Notes: generated from the sequence alone by a model not told the origin. 60,558 nt of DNA from an uncultured Pseudomonadota bacterium (GCA_964609335.1 CAZSRQ010000001.1:1-60558); one strand, 5' to 3'; positions 1 through 9,313 are shown, counted from the stretch's first letter. Made by a program: numbers and translations.

Positions 1-1390
1 TTAAACGTGTAGGGCGTGATCTTAATGACTCGAATACTTCATCGTCTTGTGAACCTCTTTTTTCAGTTATAGAAGAAGTTGAATTGTCTGTACGATCAGC
101 ACTCATCTTCACCGCTAGAGCAGAGGGGATAGATGCTACAAACTGGAGAACACTTTCATATAAACTATTCAAGATTGAAGCATGGGATAGATGATTTCCA
201 TCACGATCCAAAAAGATTAGAGGATTTACTGAAGATCGGATTGGACCATCTTGAAGTTGACCCGGAGTTGCAAGAGGTTTCACAGGTAACACTTCCACCG
301 GTTGAGGTTTCGTAAACGCTGCCCTTGCCGTATTTCCGATGCAAACTAAAGTTCCATTTTCGATCTGAACCGCTGAACCTTCTCCGAGGCTCATCGTTGC
401 TGATTGTGTTTGTGTGGAAGGAGTAGAAGCCAAAATCGGAGCATTACTTTGAGTCGATTTCCCGTTCATTCGATTGAAAGAAAGCAAAGAAGGTCTTGAG
501 ACTGGAGCGCCTAAAACATTCGCATTGTCGTTGGCAGGTTCTGCTTTTTGAGCAAAAACAGGAATATCTTCTCTTGGCGCTGGATTCCTGAATGAAGTGA
601 GCTGATCTTCTGGAGTCGAAGATCGATTCGGTTGAATCGGAGGTTTTTTCGCTGCCGTTGGAAGTTTAACGACATTTTTCGGAGAAGTTTCTAATCCACG
701 AGCCGCAAAGACCATACTCAACGCAGAAAAGAGCATTGTAAAAGATCCACGAGCAAATTCTCGCTTCGCCTCTTTTCTCTCTTTTTCGTCTTGAATCTTC
801 CCTAATTCTTGAAACGCTTGTTCGGTTTTAGCCGCTCCATATCCAAATCCGACTCCACCTCCGAATAATCCTAAATAAGTGAGAAGTTTAGCGGGAAGAA
901 AATAGAATAAAATCGGCTTCAGCTTCGCTCCATCGGTTCGAAAATCAGGAAGCGCATCTAAAATATAAGTCAGATCACTCGCCAATTCCTCTTTTCCGGT
1001 GAGGTATTGAGTTCTTAAACTTTCCAGTTCAGGGCTGCGGATGAATGTATTTCTGAAATTAATTTTAGAGAATTCAGGATCTAAAAGATCAGCGACTAAT
1101 TTTCGATTGGAAATCGGATCGATACAATTCGGTTCTTTATTTTGGAAAATGACCTGACGAACGATTTTAGAATTTCGTCCTCCAAACCAATAATTCCATC
1201 CATGGAAAACAGATTTTGCTTCTAGGCAAACTACCTGATCAAAGGTTTTTTGAGTTTCAGAGGATTGTTGAAGAACCTCTTTTAAAAGACCTTGGGCGGT
1301 TTCTTCCCGAATTTGAATCTCGCTTTTCGCCGTTCCGAAAACCGTTAAATTCAGATAGTCAGAAACTAATTTTTTTAAATCAAAGGCCAT
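1..1390 (-). CDS. hypothetical protein; 5' end complete, 3' end runs off the window (at least 463 aa)
   Basis: Absent from the ORF track because it is open to the window edge. Hand translation of the minus strand from the ATG at 1390-1388 gives MAFDLKKLVSDYLNLTVFGTAKSEIQIREE... with no stop down to nt 2. GGAGA lies ~8 nt upstream. Central hydrophobic stretches LTYLGLFGGGVGFGYGAA and FTMLFSALSMVFAA. No family recognised. Confidence 0.6.
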   Translation of the reverse strand, partial: MAFDLKKLVSDYLNLTVFGTAKSEIQIREETAQGLLKEVLQQSSETQKTFDQVVCLEAKSVFHGWNYWFGGRNSKIVRQVIFQNKEPNCIDPISNRKLVADLLDPEFSKINFRNTFIRSPELESLRTQYLTGKEELASDLTYILDALPDFRTDGAKLKPILFYFLPAKLLTYLGLFGGGVGFGYGAAKTEQAFQELGKIQDEKERKEAKREFARGSFTMLFSALSMVFAARGLETSPKNVVKLPTAAKKPPIQPNRSSTPEDQLTSFRNPAPREDIPVFAQKAEPANDNANVLGAPVSRPSLLSFNRMNGKSTQSNAPILASTPSTQTQSATMSLGEGSAVQIENGTLVCIGNTARAAFTKPQPVEVLPVKPLATPGQLQDGPIRSSVNPLIFLDRDGNHLSHASILNSLYESVLQFVASIPSALAVKMSADRTDNSTSSITEKRGSQDDEVFESLRSRPTRL

Positions 1391-1459
1391 AAATAAATCT
1401 CCACAGCCCCAAGTATCGGCAAAAATTGCAAAAAAGTTGTTTTGAAAAATGAACTTCGA

Positions 1460-1498
1460 GGGGGGGGGTAAATAGAGCAGATAAATCAGGAGGTTATC
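1460..1498. repeat. poly-G(9) motif, copy 1 (G9-TAAATAGAGCAGATAAATCAGGAGGTTATC)
   Basis: About 80% identical to the copy at 2885-2926. It lies 70 nt upstream of the minus-strand gene that starts at 1390. Confidence 0.7.
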
Positions 1499-1604
1499 TC
1501 AGAAAGATTTCTTAATTTTTTTGAAGATTTGGTAAAAAAAGAGGGCAACATGAAACGGTGCCAGGCACGCGCATATTGTGATGGCGCACCTTGCGGGGGG
1601 TGGC

Positions 1605-2777
1605 CTAACTGCTGCCAAAAACATCCCTAACACCTGCCACCATGACTTCAGCTGTGGATCGATTATCGGGACGGATCCATCCGCTTCTTTGTTGCCGTGC
1701 TATTGTTTGATGGGCTTCAGCCAGAAGGATTTGGCTTTTTGCATCACCTTTTTGAGCCTTTCCGGCGATGTCAGAATAAATAAGCGCTTCAATATTGCCA
1801 GGCGTCAAAAAGCGGTCTGCGCTCCGCCATTTCCTTTCTAGCCATGACATTTCTCCCGCTTTACCGCTCAACACCTGGTCTGCCACGTACTTGCGTACGG
1901 CAGCTTTCTGTGGATCAGTATCTTTTGAGTAGTAATAATCAATCGCCCTTGCCGTCCCCACCGTTGCCACGGCCCCCACTGCCACAACCACAGCGGCAGC
2001 GGCGACGAGTTTATTGGGGTTATTTCTCCACGTATTAGCAACAATCTGTCCCGTGCTTTGCACTACGTTTGCGGCACTTGCCACCATCGCGCGGGATTGC
2101 AGGTAAATGCCGCGTCCCACTTCGCCTATTACTCCAACCCTCTCTTTGAGGGATAAGGCTCTTGTCACTACTTTAGTAGGGTTTTGGGGAACTATTTGCC
2201 CATTTACCTTTACTCGATCAAGATTGATGACGGTTCGATCGATAGTTGCAGGTGCATTCTCATGAAACGTACCGACTGCATCCGATAAGGTAGAAATTCC
2301 ACCTACAACAATTGCGCCTACTACGGCAGCCGCCCCGGCTTTTTGTCCAAGAGAATAAGTGTCCTTTGATTTTTCTGCAGTTGCTACTTGAGTTTGAGGC
2401 CCTGACCCAGCTTGACTGGCTGCAGTTTGCTCCTCGATACTTAGAGGAGCCGCAACAGAACCCGCTTGGGGTGGTGCTGCAGGACTTGGGTTTCCCAGTT
2501 TGACTGCACCACCACGTGCCGTTCCTCGGGTATGCGCTCGAGGACATCCTGAGGCTGGTCGTTCTGGATCGAAAGATGGCTTTTTATTAAAAGTAGAAGA
2601 TTTAGGGCGGTATTTTGATTGCGTAAGAAGACCAAGTTTTGCAGGTGCATCGGGATCGGGTTTTTGGATGGAGGTATCCCTGACCGGCTGGCGTGGTATC
2701 ATAGCTTGCCGTATATATTTCTCTTCGACCGGAATCGATTGATGAATGTCGTCTTGCTCTGCACGACTTACTGCCAT
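1605..2777 (-). CDS. hypothetical protein (390 aa) with two Ala/Val/Gly-rich hydrophobic segments
   Basis: Long ORF with AAAGGAG 5 nt upstream of the ATG. Segments AAAVVGAIVVGGISTL and LVAAAAVVVAVGAVATVGTA look like a membrane hairpin. Visibly more GC-rich than its neighbours. No family recognised. Confidence 0.6.
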   Translation of the reverse strand: MAVSRAEQDDIHQSIPVEEKYIRQAMIPRQPVRDTSIQKPDPDAPAKLGLLTQSKYRPKSSTFNKKPSFDPERPASGCPRAHTRGTARGGAVKLGNPSPAAPPQAGSVAAPLSIEEQTAASQAGSGPQTQVATAEKSKDTYSLGQKAGAAAVVGAIVVGGISTLSDAVGTFHENAPATIDRTVINLDRVKVNGQIVPQNPTKVVTRALSLKERVGVIGEVGRGIYLQSRAMVASAANVVQSTGQIVANTWRNNPNKLVAAAAVVVAVGAVATVGTARAIDYYYSKDTDPQKAAVRKYVADQVLSGKAGEMSWLERKWRSADRFLTPGNIEALIYSDIAGKAQKGDAKSQILLAEAHQTIARQQRSGWIRPDNRSTAEVMVAGVRDVFGSS

Positions 2778-2884
2778 TTTTTGCTCCTTTAACTTGGTCT
2801 GAGATAATACTTCGTATTGTTATCGGCACTTGGCCTCAAAAAGTTGCTCTTTAAAAAATAAGCCGGGGAGCGTAATCCCACACT

Positions 2885-2926
2885 GGGGGGGGTATAAAAA
2901 TAGTGTAGGGAAATTGGGAGGTTATC
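2885..2926. repeat. poly-G(8) motif, copy 2 (G8-TATAAAAATAGTGTAGGGAAATTGGGAGGTTATC)
   Basis: It lies 108 nt upstream of the minus-strand gene that starts at 2777. Its GTTATC end overlaps the ecm stop codon. Confidence 0.7.
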
Positions 2927-4895
2927 ATCTGGAGATATGAATCAACGCCACTTCCGCAATCTTCTCCATAATCTGATTCAACTCAAAATCTTTCGGCGTA
3001 TAAACCTGCGCAACCCCTTGTTGAATGAGAAAATCCTCATCTGCTTTTGGGATGATTCCGCCGACCACCACCGGAATATGAGCCAAACCTTTTTCTTTCA
3101 TCAATTTCAAAATTTCGGGGATGAGCGACAAATGAGATCCGGAGAGGATAGAGAGCCCGACGATATTAACCGCCTCTTGCAACGCCGATTCGGCAATCTG
3201 CTCAGGGGTTAAACGAATTCCTTGATAAATCACTTCCATTCCGACATCTCGTGCCCGGACAGCGATCTGCTCTGCGCCATTGCTATGGCCATCGAGCCCA
3301 GGCTTTCCGACCAAAATTCTCAGCTTTTCTTTGGTTTCATTTTCAAATTCTTTTACTTTTTGACGCGCTCTTTCAATTCCTTCGTTGTCCCCCTGAAGGT
3401 GAACTCCGCTAACCCCCGTGGGAGCACGAAATTCCCCAAACACCTCACGCAAAGTATTCGACCACTCCCCGGTCGTCACTCCCGCTTTTGCCGCCTGGAT
3501 GGAAACCGGCATCAGATTCGATCCGTTGAGAGCCGCTTCTTTTAAGGATTTGATGGCCGATTCAATTTGGAGTGGATTTCTTTTTTTACGGAAGGCCTGA
3601 AGCGATTGGATTTGATAGTCGACCAATTTTTCGTCGAGTTTTAGAATTCCTCCATCTCCTTCGGCGGTGAGCGGAGAGGCGGTCGTTTCGGTAAAACAGT
3701 TGACTCCAACGACTTGGATCAATTTTTCTTCGATCGATCGAATTCGATTGGCGTTGGAAGATACCAGCTGCTGCTTCATGTAGGAGAGGGCATTCACTGA
3801 TCCGCCCAACTCTAAAACCTTGGCTAGTTCTGATTCAGCCGCCTCCATTAACTCGGCTGTTTTTGCCTCGATCACTTTCGAACCTTCAAAAATATCTCCA
3901 TACTCCAAAAGATCGGTTTCAAAACTTAACACCTGCTGAATTCGAAGCGACCATTGTTGATCCCAAGGACGAGGAAGACCGAGTGCCTCATTCCAGCATG
4001 GGAGCTGAACGGCACGGGCGCGCGCATTTCTCGAAAGCGTGACTCCAAGAAGTTCAAAAATGATTCTTTGAACATTGTTTTCCGGCTGACGTTCAGTCAG
4101 ACCAAGGGAATTGACTTGCACACCATAACGAAAACGGCGGAATTTCTCATTTTTTACGCCGTATCTCTCTTTCGTGACTTTATCCCAAAGCTTTACAAAT
4201 GCCCGCATCTTGCAGATCTCTTCAACAAAGCGAATGCTCGAATCCATGAAAAACGAGATTCTTCCAACCGCTTTTTCAAATTCTTCCCCTTTAATCTCGC
4301 CGGATTTCTGGACTGCATCGAGAAAAGAGATCGCATTAGCTAAACCATAAGCCAATTCTTGGACGGGTGTCGCCCCCGCTTCCTGAAGATGATAAGGGCA
4401 AACGTTCACCGGATTCCATTTCGGCAATTCCCGAACCGTATAATTAATCATGTCGGTCGTGAGGCGAATCGACGGCTCAGGGGGGAAAACATAGGTTCCG
4501 CGGGAAAGATACTCTTTGAGGATGTCGTTTTGCGTCGTTCCCTGAAGCGATTTGGGATCAACCCCTTGTTGCTCCGCCACTGCAATATAAAGTGCCAACA
4601 GCCAAGCCGCAGTGGCGTTGATCGTCATCGAGGTATTCATTTGACCCAGTGGAATCTGGTCAAACAGCATCGCCATGTCTTCGATATGACAGATCGGAAC
4701 CCCGACTTTGCCCACCTCGGCTCTCGCGAGCGGATGGTCTGAATCGTAGCCGGTTTGGGTCGGAAGATCGAAGGCGACTGATAATCCGGTCTGCCCTTTT
4801 GCCAAATTGTTTCGGTAAAGCTCATTGGAGGCTTTGGCGGTCGAATGCCCCGAGTAGGTTCGCATCAGCCATGGTTCATCACGTTTGGTTTGCAT
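2925..4895 (-). CDS. ecm: B12-dependent acyl-CoA mutase, fused catalytic and B12-binding domains, Ecm/MeaA (ethylmalonyl-CoA mutase) type
   Basis: 656 aa. The N-terminal MRTYSGHSTAKASNELYRNNLAKGQTGLSVAFDLPTQTGYDSDH matches the AGHSTA variant I associate with MeaA/Ecm rather than the AGF(G/S)TA of Mcm/Icm. Also TQNDILKEYLSRGTYVFPP and a C-terminal GKPGLDGHSNGAEQIA cobalamin-binding DxHxxG-type segment. Confidence 0.85.
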   Translation of the reverse strand: MQTKRDEPWLMRTYSGHSTAKASNELYRNNLAKGQTGLSVAFDLPTQTGYDSDHPLARAEVGKVGVPICHIEDMAMLFDQIPLGQMNTSMTINATAAWLLALYIAVAEQQGVDPKSLQGTTQNDILKEYLSRGTYVFPPEPSIRLTTDMINYTVRELPKWNPVNVCPYHLQEAGATPVQELAYGLANAISFLDAVQKSGEIKGEEFEKAVGRISFFMDSSIRFVEEICKMRAFVKLWDKVTKERYGVKNEKFRRFRYGVQVNSLGLTERQPENNVQRIIFELLGVTLSRNARARAVQLPCWNEALGLPRPWDQQWSLRIQQVLSFETDLLEYGDIFEGSKVIEAKTAELMEAAESELAKVLELGGSVNALSYMKQQLVSSNANRIRSIEEKLIQVVGVNCFTETTASPLTAEGDGGILKLDEKLVDYQIQSLQAFRKKRNPLQIESAIKSLKEAALNGSNLMPVSIQAAKAGVTTGEWSNTLREVFGEFRAPTGVSGVHLQGDNEGIERARQKVKEFENETKEKLRILVGKPGLDGHSNGAEQIAVRARDVGMEVIYQGIRLTPEQIAESALQEAVNIVGLSILSGSHLSLIPEILKLMKEKGLAHIPVVVGGIIPKADEDFLIQQGVAQVYTPKDFELNQIMEKIAEVALIHISR

Positions 4896-5007
4896 AGGGG
4901 GTGGAACCTAGAAAATTTCAAAGCCAAGGTCAAGAGATGGAGTAAAAGGCCAATGATTTCTCCCATTGATCTCACTCCTCATCCAACACTTTTACGGAGA
5001 GGGATTG

Positions 5008-5173
5008 AAATAGATAAACTGAAAGTGACTCTTCGACCCGCTTCGCGGAAGCTTCAGCGAGGCGAGTAGGCTCAGGGTGTCCCCATTGGGTAAAAGGGGG
5101 ACAGGGTGAGCCCTTCGACTGAGCTCAGGATAAACTCCGTCGAACCATCATTTGGATTGACGCAAGGGATCCA
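5008..5173. repeat. REP/MITE-like nested palindrome, family A, composite copy (both core types)
   Basis: It contains CTTCGACCCGCTTCGCGGAAGCTTCAGCGAGGCGA (core 2), then CTCAGGGTGTCCCCATTGGGTAAAAGGGGGACAGGGTGAGC (core 1) and GTCGAACCATCATTTGGATTGACGCAAGGGATCC. Confidence 0.8.
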
Positions 5174-5219
5174 ATCATTTTTTTCTTCTTAAATCCTTGA
5201 AAAAAATATACATACTGAC

Positions 5220-5489
5220 GTGGCCACATTCACCCAAAAGAACCTTATGAAAAACATCACAGGACTCTGTCTGTTTATTTTATCTTTAATCGGAACATTT
5301 TGTTGTGGTGGTCTGGGAAATCAGGGGCTATTCAGCATCACCGAATGCGAAGGCCAGGGGGGAAATGTCGTTTTATCCGGTCCGCAGCAACCCGCCTCCT
5401 GTATCTCGGGCCAGCAGTCGATCGGCACCATTGAAACACCAAACTTTTCCGGAATTTGTTGCAAGTCAGCCGCGACCCATGAAAAGTAA
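5220..5489 (+). CDS. small Cys-rich secreted or membrane-anchored hypothetical protein
   Basis: 89-aa ORF with a GTG start; an alternative ATG at 5247 gives MKNITGLCLFILSLIGTFCCGG, a signal-like N-terminus. Six further Cys/Gly-rich motifs. No family recognised. Confidence 0.35.
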   Translation: MATFTQKNLMKNITGLCLFILSLIGTFCCGGLGNQGLFSITECEGQGGNVVLSGPQQPASCISGQQSIGTIETPNFSGICCKSAATHEK

Positions 5490-5497
5490 ACATTCAA

Positions 5498-6658
5498 TCA
5501 AGATCCCGTTTTAATCAATGCCCGCCGTTCAATCTCAAAAATCTTTTCGGGAATCTTCTCTTTTCCCAGTTTTTTCTTGTCATTTTCCTTGATGAACAGA
5601 TCGGCTCCATATTTCTCAATCGCCGCCTGGGGACGGATATTCTTGATCCCGATCAATTGGAAGTTGATCACACCGGCATTCATTTCTTTCGGCCCTTCCG
5701 ATTTTGAAAGAACTCTCGAAATCGCATAAACCGTATCTCCGCTCACTGCTGGCTGGGTATGATAACCTTCGGTATAACCCAAATCGGCAATCGCATTTTC
5801 GGTTGTATCACGACTCGCAAGGCCAGCGAGCCAGGCAAAAACCAGTCCACCATAAACAATCGGCTCACCGCTCATCGCACCCGTTCTGGCGGTAGAGTAA
5901 AGACGATCATAATGCAGAGGATGGGTATTCATCACCCGATAAGTCCATGGGAAATGCTCATCTGTAATCGTTCTCCCGTTTGCATGAACAATCAGATCTC
6001 CCACTTCAAAATTTTCAAAATAGGTTCGAACTCCGGTTAAATCTTTTGGATAAGATCCGGAAATGGTTGGAATCTCCATCGTAAGTTCCGACTGATCCGG
6101 AAATTTTTCCCCGCGGATCGTGCTTGCCTCGGTTTTTTTGCCGATCGGAGCGACCATGATCTTTCGATCGTATTGCAGCACCAACTCATTTTTCTGATTG
6201 AGCCCCAACGTGCGGATCGTCGCAATCCCCGGCTTTCCTTCTTTCATTTCCCGCTTCAAAACCTTCGTCATCGCCCGCAGCGTATCGCCTGGATAAACCG
6301 GTTTTACAAAGCAGACATTATAATAACCAAGATTTGCCACCGCTTTTTCGGAGTCGTTTTGAACTCCGAGAGAAAGAACAATGTTCATCACCATGAGAGG
6401 AGAAACAACGAGATCTTTGAATCCGTGCACTTTGGCATATTCGGCATTGGTATAGAGCGGATTGCATTCCATGAAACTGGTTGCAAACTCGACCGCAAAT
6501 GCTGGATAAATCGTAATTCCACGGGGATGGACAAAAATTTCCCCCTCGTCGAGATCTTCGAGAACTCGGCCGTATTGAGGGGATTTGATTTTGCTTAAAT
6601 CGGCTGGCTGTTTCGGAGCCAACTCTTCGAATTTGGGATAGGGGATTTTTAGGGTCAT
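5498..6658 (-). CDS. MaoC-family enoyl-CoA hydratase with two hot-dog domains; candidate mesaconyl-CoA hydratase (Mch-like)
   Basis: 386 aa. Two MaoC-like halves, with NPLYTN.. in the first and NTHPLHYD in the second. Its position between the Ecm-type mutase and the long ACAD supports the Mch assignment. Confidence 0.65.
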   Translation of the reverse strand: MTLKIPYPKFEELAPKQPADLSKIKSPQYGRVLEDLDEGEIFVHPRGITIYPAFAVEFATSFMECNPLYTNAEYAKVHGFKDLVVSPLMVMNIVLSLGVQNDSEKAVANLGYYNVCFVKPVYPGDTLRAMTKVLKREMKEGKPGIATIRTLGLNQKNELVLQYDRKIMVAPIGKKTEASTIRGEKFPDQSELTMEIPTISGSYPKDLTGVRTYFENFEVGDLIVHANGRTITDEHFPWTYRVMNTHPLHYDRLYSTARTGAMSGEPIVYGGLVFAWLAGLASRDTTENAIADLGYTEGYHTQPAVSGDTVYAISRVLSKSEGPKEMNAGVINFQLIGIKNIRPQAAIEKYGADLFIKENDKKKLGKEKIPEKIFEIERRALIKTGS

Positions 6659-6692
6659 GGTTTATTTCCTTTAGATTTTTAATTTATAAAAT

Positions 6693-6807
6693 TCTCCCCC
6701 TTTGAAAAAGGGGGATTAAGGGGGATTTAGTGCTTAGAGTTGAGAAAAGCTAAATATAAAAACCTTGCAATAAATCCCTTCCAACCTCCCTTTTACAAAG
6801 GGAGGAG
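6693..6807. repeat. palindromic repeat, family B
   Basis: CTCCCCCTTTGAAAAAGGGGGATTAAGGGGGATTTAGTGC ... AAATCCCTTCCAACCTCCCTTTTACAAAGGGAGGAG. It lies between the Mcd-like and Mch-like genes. Confidence 0.8.
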
Positions 6808-6829
6808 TTATAGAAAATAGAAACAAGAT

Positions 6830-8482
6830 TTATTTCTTCATCCTCTCCTCAATCAACGATCGCGCAATCACCCGAAGCGCCAACACATCTTCAGCCCCTT
6901 CAAAAATACTAAAGACGCGGGCATCGACAAAATATCGACTGACGGCATATTCTTCGGCATATCCCATCCCGCCATGTAACTGCATCGCCTCACGGGTCAC
7001 CCATTCGCTCACCTTACTCGCATAAAACTTCACGAGAGACGCTTCCATCATCCCTTGATGTTCATCCATCAAACGGGCGGAGTGATAAGTGAGCTGGCGG
7101 GAAGCCTGGATAATCGCGGCCATCCGGACCAATTTATATTTCGTCATCTGATAATTAAAGATCGGTTGACCAAAAACATTCCGTTCGAGCGAATATTGCA
7201 ACCCTTTTTCAAACGCGGCCTGCATCACCCCAAGCGCTCTCGCTGCGGTTTGGAGACGTCCACCGGCGAATCCTTCCATCTGGAGATAAAAACCTTTTCC
7301 GAGCCCCGTTTCACCCCCGACGAGGTTTTCCCCAGGCACAAAATAGTTTTCGAAATGAACTTCATAGCTGTGCATGCCTCGGTAACCGATCGTTCCGATC
7401 GCACGCCCTTCGATATGTCCCCCTTCCGGCTGATCGTAGCTGAAGGAATGCCCGTCAAACGAAGGTTTCTCGGCGACGAGAATCGAAAGTCCTTTATGCC
7501 CTTTCGTCAAATCGGCATCGGTTCTGGCGAGAATCAACAGGAGATGCGCATAGCCGGCAAAGGTGCACCAGGTCTTGCAACCGTTAATCACCCATCCCTC
7601 CCCTTTTCGGGTCGCCGTCACTTTCATTCCGGCGACATCGGAACCGTAATCAGGTTCGGTGACTGCCACTGCGCACATCTTTTCTCCCATTGCGATTTGC
7701 GGAAGCCATCGCTGCTTTTGCTCTTCGGTTCCCCCTTTGAGAATCGCTTTGGAGAGGATCTCGGGACGGGTAATGAGACTACCGGCAATTCCAAGCGATC
7801 CGCGGGAAAGCTCTTCAGTGACCAGGATCATCCCCATATTATCCGGTTTGGAATCGTCTTGAAATCCACCAAATTTTTGTGGGATCGAAAGTCCGAAACA
7901 ACCCATCTCTTTCAATCCATCCATAATATTTTGGGGAATCAATAAATCTTGTCGATGCACTTTTTCAGCGACCGGCATCACATTTTCTTCTGCATATTTT
8001 TTGAAAGTTTCACGAATAATCGATTGATCTTCGGTCAAACCGTAATTTCCGCCACTCTGCGATTGTTGAATCAGTCCGGCAATCGGTTCATAGAATTTTG
8101 GGTCGAGTTTTTCAGTCACGAACTTTCCAACCTCATCGCTCCAGATCGTTTGATGGAGTTGATCCATTGTGAGGCCAATTCGAAACATGTGGGAAACGGT
8201 TTTTTTATTCAGATCATCGAGAATATCGGCCGTGAAAAATTCGGCCAATTTTTTCTCAAGCTCTCCACCGATTCGATCCGCGTATTCAACGATCTGCTCG
8301 GCCGCATAAAGTTCACTCTCCATCCAGCAGAGATCGTAAGCGAGAACTTGATGACGATCGAGTTTGGCAACAGAAAGTTTTCCATCGGCCACTGATTCTT
8401 GAGTCAAATAATCGAGAAACCAGTGACAAACCTGTTTTCCCTTTTGGATGAGGTTTAAAAGTTGATCTTTATTAAAGGACAT
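6830..8482 (-). CDS. acyl-CoA dehydrogenase with a ~170-aa N-terminal extension; candidate methylsuccinyl-CoA dehydrogenase (Mcd-like)
   Basis: 550 aa. ACAD core motifs include CVAVTEPDYGSDVAGM, GWVINGCKTWCT and QLHGGMGYAEEY. The size and N-terminal extension fit Mcd-type enzymes. Confidence 0.7.
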   Translation of the reverse strand: MSFNKDQLLNLIQKGKQVCHWFLDYLTQESVADGKLSVAKLDRHQVLAYDLCWMESELYAAEQIVEYADRIGGELEKKLAEFFTADILDDLNKKTVSHMFRIGLTMDQLHQTIWSDEVGKFVTEKLDPKFYEPIAGLIQQSQSGGNYGLTEDQSIIRETFKKYAEENVMPVAEKVHRQDLLIPQNIMDGLKEMGCFGLSIPQKFGGFQDDSKPDNMGMILVTEELSRGSLGIAGSLITRPEILSKAILKGGTEEQKQRWLPQIAMGEKMCAVAVTEPDYGSDVAGMKVTATRKGEGWVINGCKTWCTFAGYAHLLLILARTDADLTKGHKGLSILVAEKPSFDGHSFSYDQPEGGHIEGRAIGTIGYRGMHSYEVHFENYFVPGENLVGGETGLGKGFYLQMEGFAGGRLQTAARALGVMQAAFEKGLQYSLERNVFGQPIFNYQMTKYKLVRMAAIIQASRQLTYHSARLMDEHQGMMEASLVKFYASKVSEWVTREAMQLHGGMGYAEEYAVSRYFVDARVFSIFEGAEDVLALRVIARSLIEERMKK

Positions 8483-8581
8483 AAAATCTCCAATTGAATA
8501 GATTAAGAAATTAGACCGCTGAATGCGTATAATGAATTTTCAACTGGGGTGACAAGCGGAATTTGCAATCATAAGGTATGA

Positions 8582-8660
8582 ACCCCAGGGCAAGCCCTGG
8601 ACTAAAAGATTCCATGGCAAGCCACGCGGTTTTTGACCGGCTCGTCCCCAAAGGGGATAA
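8582..8660. repeat. singleton REP-like palindromic segment
   Basis: CCCAGGGCAAGCCCTGG...CCATGGCAAGCCACGCGG...CCCCAAAGGGG. These short hairpins lie in the divergent intergenic region upstream of the Mcd-like gene. Only one copy occurs in the window. Confidence 0.4.
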
Positions 8661-8761
8661 ACCTTATAGACCGAAGATCGAGCTTCCCTATTTAAAAGAC
8701 CAATGCTATCTGAGAAATTCCATTTAATTGAAATCTCTATCCTAATAGAAAGGACTAAACC

Positions 8762-9172
8762 ATGAAATCTTTCCTTCTCATCTGTTTGATGGTCGGCAGC
8801 TTACTTTCTGGAACCGCTCAAGCGGTAGTTTCCGTAAATATTGGACAGCCTGGTTTTTACGGTCGAATCGAGATCGGTAACTCTCCCCAGCCGCAAATCA
8901 TCTATCCAGAGCCGGTGATTATCCAACCGATCCCGACCCAAGTCGTCGTCCCTCAACCGCTTTATCTTCATGTCCCTCCCGGGCATGCCAAAAAATGGTC
9001 GAAACATTGCCATCGTTACAATGCCTGCAGTCAGCCGGTCTATTTTGTTCGAGAAGGATGGTACAACGAGGTTTATGTTCCATATTACCGCCACAAACAT
9101 GAACACAAGCACGGCAAAAAACACCCTCATGGACATCATCATGGAAAAGGGCATAAGAAGGGTCATTACTAA
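8762..9172 (+). CDS. secreted protein with a His/Lys-rich C-terminal tail
   Basis: 136 aa. Signal peptide MKSFLLICLMVGSLLSGTAQA, a conserved-looking core VPPGHAKKWSKHCHRYNACSQPVYFVREGWYN, and the tail HKHEHKHGKKHPHGHHHGKGHKKGHY. Confidence 0.55.
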   Translation: MKSFLLICLMVGSLLSGTAQAVVSVNIGQPGFYGRIEIGNSPQPQIIYPEPVIIQPIPTQVVVPQPLYLHVPPGHAKKWSKHCHRYNACSQPVYFVREGWYNEVYVPYYRHKHEHKHGKKHPHGHHHGKGHKKGHY

Positions 9173-9313
9173 TTTGGAAAAAATAATTGTTAAGTAGTTG
9201 GCCTGCTAATCATGATTTCTACCGCATTTCAAGGCGGAGCCTGACATCAGGCGATACAAGAGGTCGATTTAATAAATGACTGACAAAATGACATTTTTTA
9301 GATCGAATCCTGC

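Noticed and set aside
4896-5219. A possible cobalamin riboswitch upstream of the B12-dependent mutase.
   Set aside because: The leader is largely occupied by the family A composite repeat. I could not see a B12-box-like conserved core by eye. Only a covariance-model scan could exclude it fully.
7055-7945. 296-aa plus-strand ORF. Similar cases: 17987-18769, 17096-17683, 20027-20542, 29735-30517, 24885-25475, 31292-31717, 32262-32729 and 38016-38489.
   Set aside because: All lie antisense to, or out of frame within, long genes with strong family signatures (ACAD, giant carboxylase, phosphohexomutase, phosphorylase, glpK, atpG/brnT). Their translations are low-complexity or Arg/Ser-rich with no RBS, typical of shadow ORFs.
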